Shown here: positions 16,855 through 17,890 of the stretch, piece by piece
How the letters are laid out: each line of letters starts with the position of its first letter
Numbering within the stretch: position 1 is the stretch's first letter
Assembly: GCA_034190465.1 (NCBI GenBank)
Contig: JAXINV010000056.1
Coordinates: 8,744 to 26,633, forward strand
Reading direction: 5' to 3'
Source of the DNA: Candidatus Asbonarchaeum danakilense
GTDB lineage: Archaea > Nanohalarchaeota > Nanosalinia > Nanosalinales > Nanoanaerosalinaceae
Length of the DNA stretch: 17,890 nucleotides
Made by a program: the position numbers and the translations under genes
Notes under the pieces: generated by a model
What the model was told of the DNA's origin: nothing
What the model saw: only the letters and a program-made list of their open reading frames with translations
Databases searched by the model: none

Positions 16855-17135
16855 GCCAGCACCTCTTTCTCCTCATCGACCCGGGACCGGATCTTCGGAC
16901 TGAGTTCGTCCTCGGTGACGAGGTCAACAGGACGACCGAGTTCGTCCTCGAGCTCGCGTTCGATCCGTGCCATGTCCAGCAACGTCTTCGACTCGTCGAA
17001 CGAGACGAGGATATCGATATCGCTGTCAGCCGTCTCCTCATCACGGACATACGAGCCGAACAGCTCGACCGAGGCGGCACCCTCCGCTGTCAGCTTCTCC
17101 ACAATCACCTGCCGGTCCCTCTCGTCCAGCGCCAT
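16851..17135 (-). CDS. MntA-like MNT antitoxin 2
   Basis: LFGSYVRDEETADSDIDILV and LGRPVDLVT motifs. Confidence 0.93.
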   Translation of the reverse strand: MALDERDRQVIVEKLTAEGAASVELFGSYVRDEETADSDIDILVSFDESKTLLDMARIERELEDELGRPVDLVTEDELSPKIRSRVDEEKEVLA

Positions 17136-17203
17136 GCCCTACATTTGGTCGCACCAGTATTTCAAAGACCTTGTTCCACCACCGGTCGACGATGGAACAA
17201 GCA
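17110..17203. repeat. 94-bp exact duplication, second copy (palindrome copy C at 17170-17201)
   Basis: Identical to 16297-16390. Confidence 0.92.
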
Positions 17204-17270
17204 AGGGACGACGATGGTGCGGGAGACGTCCAGGAGCTCGATCTGGACCGGCCGTCGCTTCCATGATACT

Positions 17271-17343
17271 TCAGGGACGTTCCTGGATGGCTGCTACGGC
17301 CTCACGGAGCTCCGGGAGCTCGTTCGTGACGGTGTCCCCTCAT
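17271..17343 (-). pseudogene. Internally deleted DUF86/HepT toxin remnant
   Basis: ATGA overlap with MNT3. ATG AGG is followed, out of frame, by DTVTNELPELREAVAAIQERP*, homologous to the C-terminus ATVQQDLPELRNRIGQF of 16522-16854. Confidence 0.8.
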
Positions 17344-17645
17344 ACCGCCTCGACATACTCGACCTCCTTGAGCACCCTGTCCTGGATGCTTTCCCTGACG
17401 GACTGCTCGGTCACGAGGTCGATATCGCGGTCGAACAGTTCCTCCAGGAACCGTTTCAGCTCCATGAAGTTAGCGAACGTCTTCTCCCCCTCCCTGAACC
17501 GGACAAGGATATCGATGTCACTGTCCTCCGTCGCCTCATCCCTGCTATAGGACCCGAACAGCCCAATCCTGTCGACACCGAGCTCATGGATACGGCCAGC
17601 ATTGCTGGCCAGTTCCTCATGGATGGCATCACGGGACAGTGACAT
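17340..17645 (-). CDS. MntA-like MNT antitoxin 3
   Basis: GLFGSYSRDEATEDSDIDILV and LF.R.IDLVT motifs; TTGAAATA box at 17668-17675. Confidence 0.93.
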   Translation of the reverse strand: MSLSRDAIHEELASNAGRIHELGVDRIGLFGSYSRDEATEDSDIDILVRFREGEKTFANFMELKRFLEELFDRDIDLVTEQSVRESIQDRVLKEVEYVEAV

Positions 17646-17704
17646 GGGCAGCTATTGGTCCAGACAGTATTTCAAGACAACGGTCATTCCGGCACGGGCG
17701 TTCA

Positions 17705-17778
17705 ATGGAACAAGCAGGGACGCCGGCGGTGACACCAGTGGGAACCGGACGGAGGAACGCTGGACGATGGAACAAGCA
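17705..17778. repeat. 72-bp repeat, second copy, with two ATGGAACAAGCA half-sites
   Basis: Matches 16379-16450; half-sites at 17705-17716 and 17767-17778. Confidence 0.88.
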
Positions 17779-17825
17779 GAGAGAGGAACGAACAAGGGGA
17801 GACACGGAGGAAGGATGTGGACAAC

Positions 17826-17860
17826 GGAAGGAAGAGAGAAAAGGAGAGAAGGGAGGAGGG
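17826..17860 (-). terminator. Pyrimidine-rich tract, probable terminator of a - strand gene beyond the window
   Basis: Purine-only run on the + strand; a - strand TAA lies at 17866-17868. Confidence 0.4.
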
Positions 17861-17890
17861 CGGAGTTACCAACCCTCCCCCCGGGAAGGT

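Noticed and set aside
15567..17203. CRISPR array interpretation of the ~32-bp palindromic repeats
   Set aside because: Copies are about 800 bp apart and separated by whole genes rather than 30-40 bp spacers, and there are no cas genes in the window.
16486..17642. Long + strand ORFs (354 aa, 297 aa) and similar antisense ORFs over pdhA, upp, the SDR and the coiled-coil gene
   Set aside because: Shadow frames of GC-rich genes: Ser/Arg-rich, with no motifs, and opposite well-supported genes.
15567..17778. Canonical integron attC sites
   Set aside because: The GTT…AAC order is the reverse of RYYYAAC…GTTRRRY, the element is shorter than attC sites, and no IntI is in the window.

Overview
GC-rich, gene-dense chromosomal window from an extremely halophilic archaeon (very acidic proteins, archaeal TATA boxes, mostly leaderless genes). 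The TFB sequence and compact layout suggest Nanohaloarchaeota/DPANN, which is an inference. Positions 1-14.7 kb carry housekeeping and accessory genes: trm1, pdhA/pdhB, a TFB with a ~115-aa acidic N-terminal extension, upp, a metallophosphoesterase, a DCC1-like thioredoxin, a USP, a YdjM-like hydrolase, a cold-shock protein, a coiled-coil protein, membrane proteins and an SDR. Positions 15.0-17.8 kb form a toxin-antitoxin array: a convergent RelE plus an unannotated 54-aa antitoxin, and three MNT-HEPN modules, the last with an internally deleted toxin. The modules are delimited by a shared 32-bp 13+6+13 inverted repeat or its ATGGAACAAGCA half-site, and the surrounding duplications are mosaic, which suggests cassette shuffling or a shared operator. 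The other main candidate is an unannotated, highly structured ~170-nt RNA at 11056-11223, divergent from the cold-shock gene.
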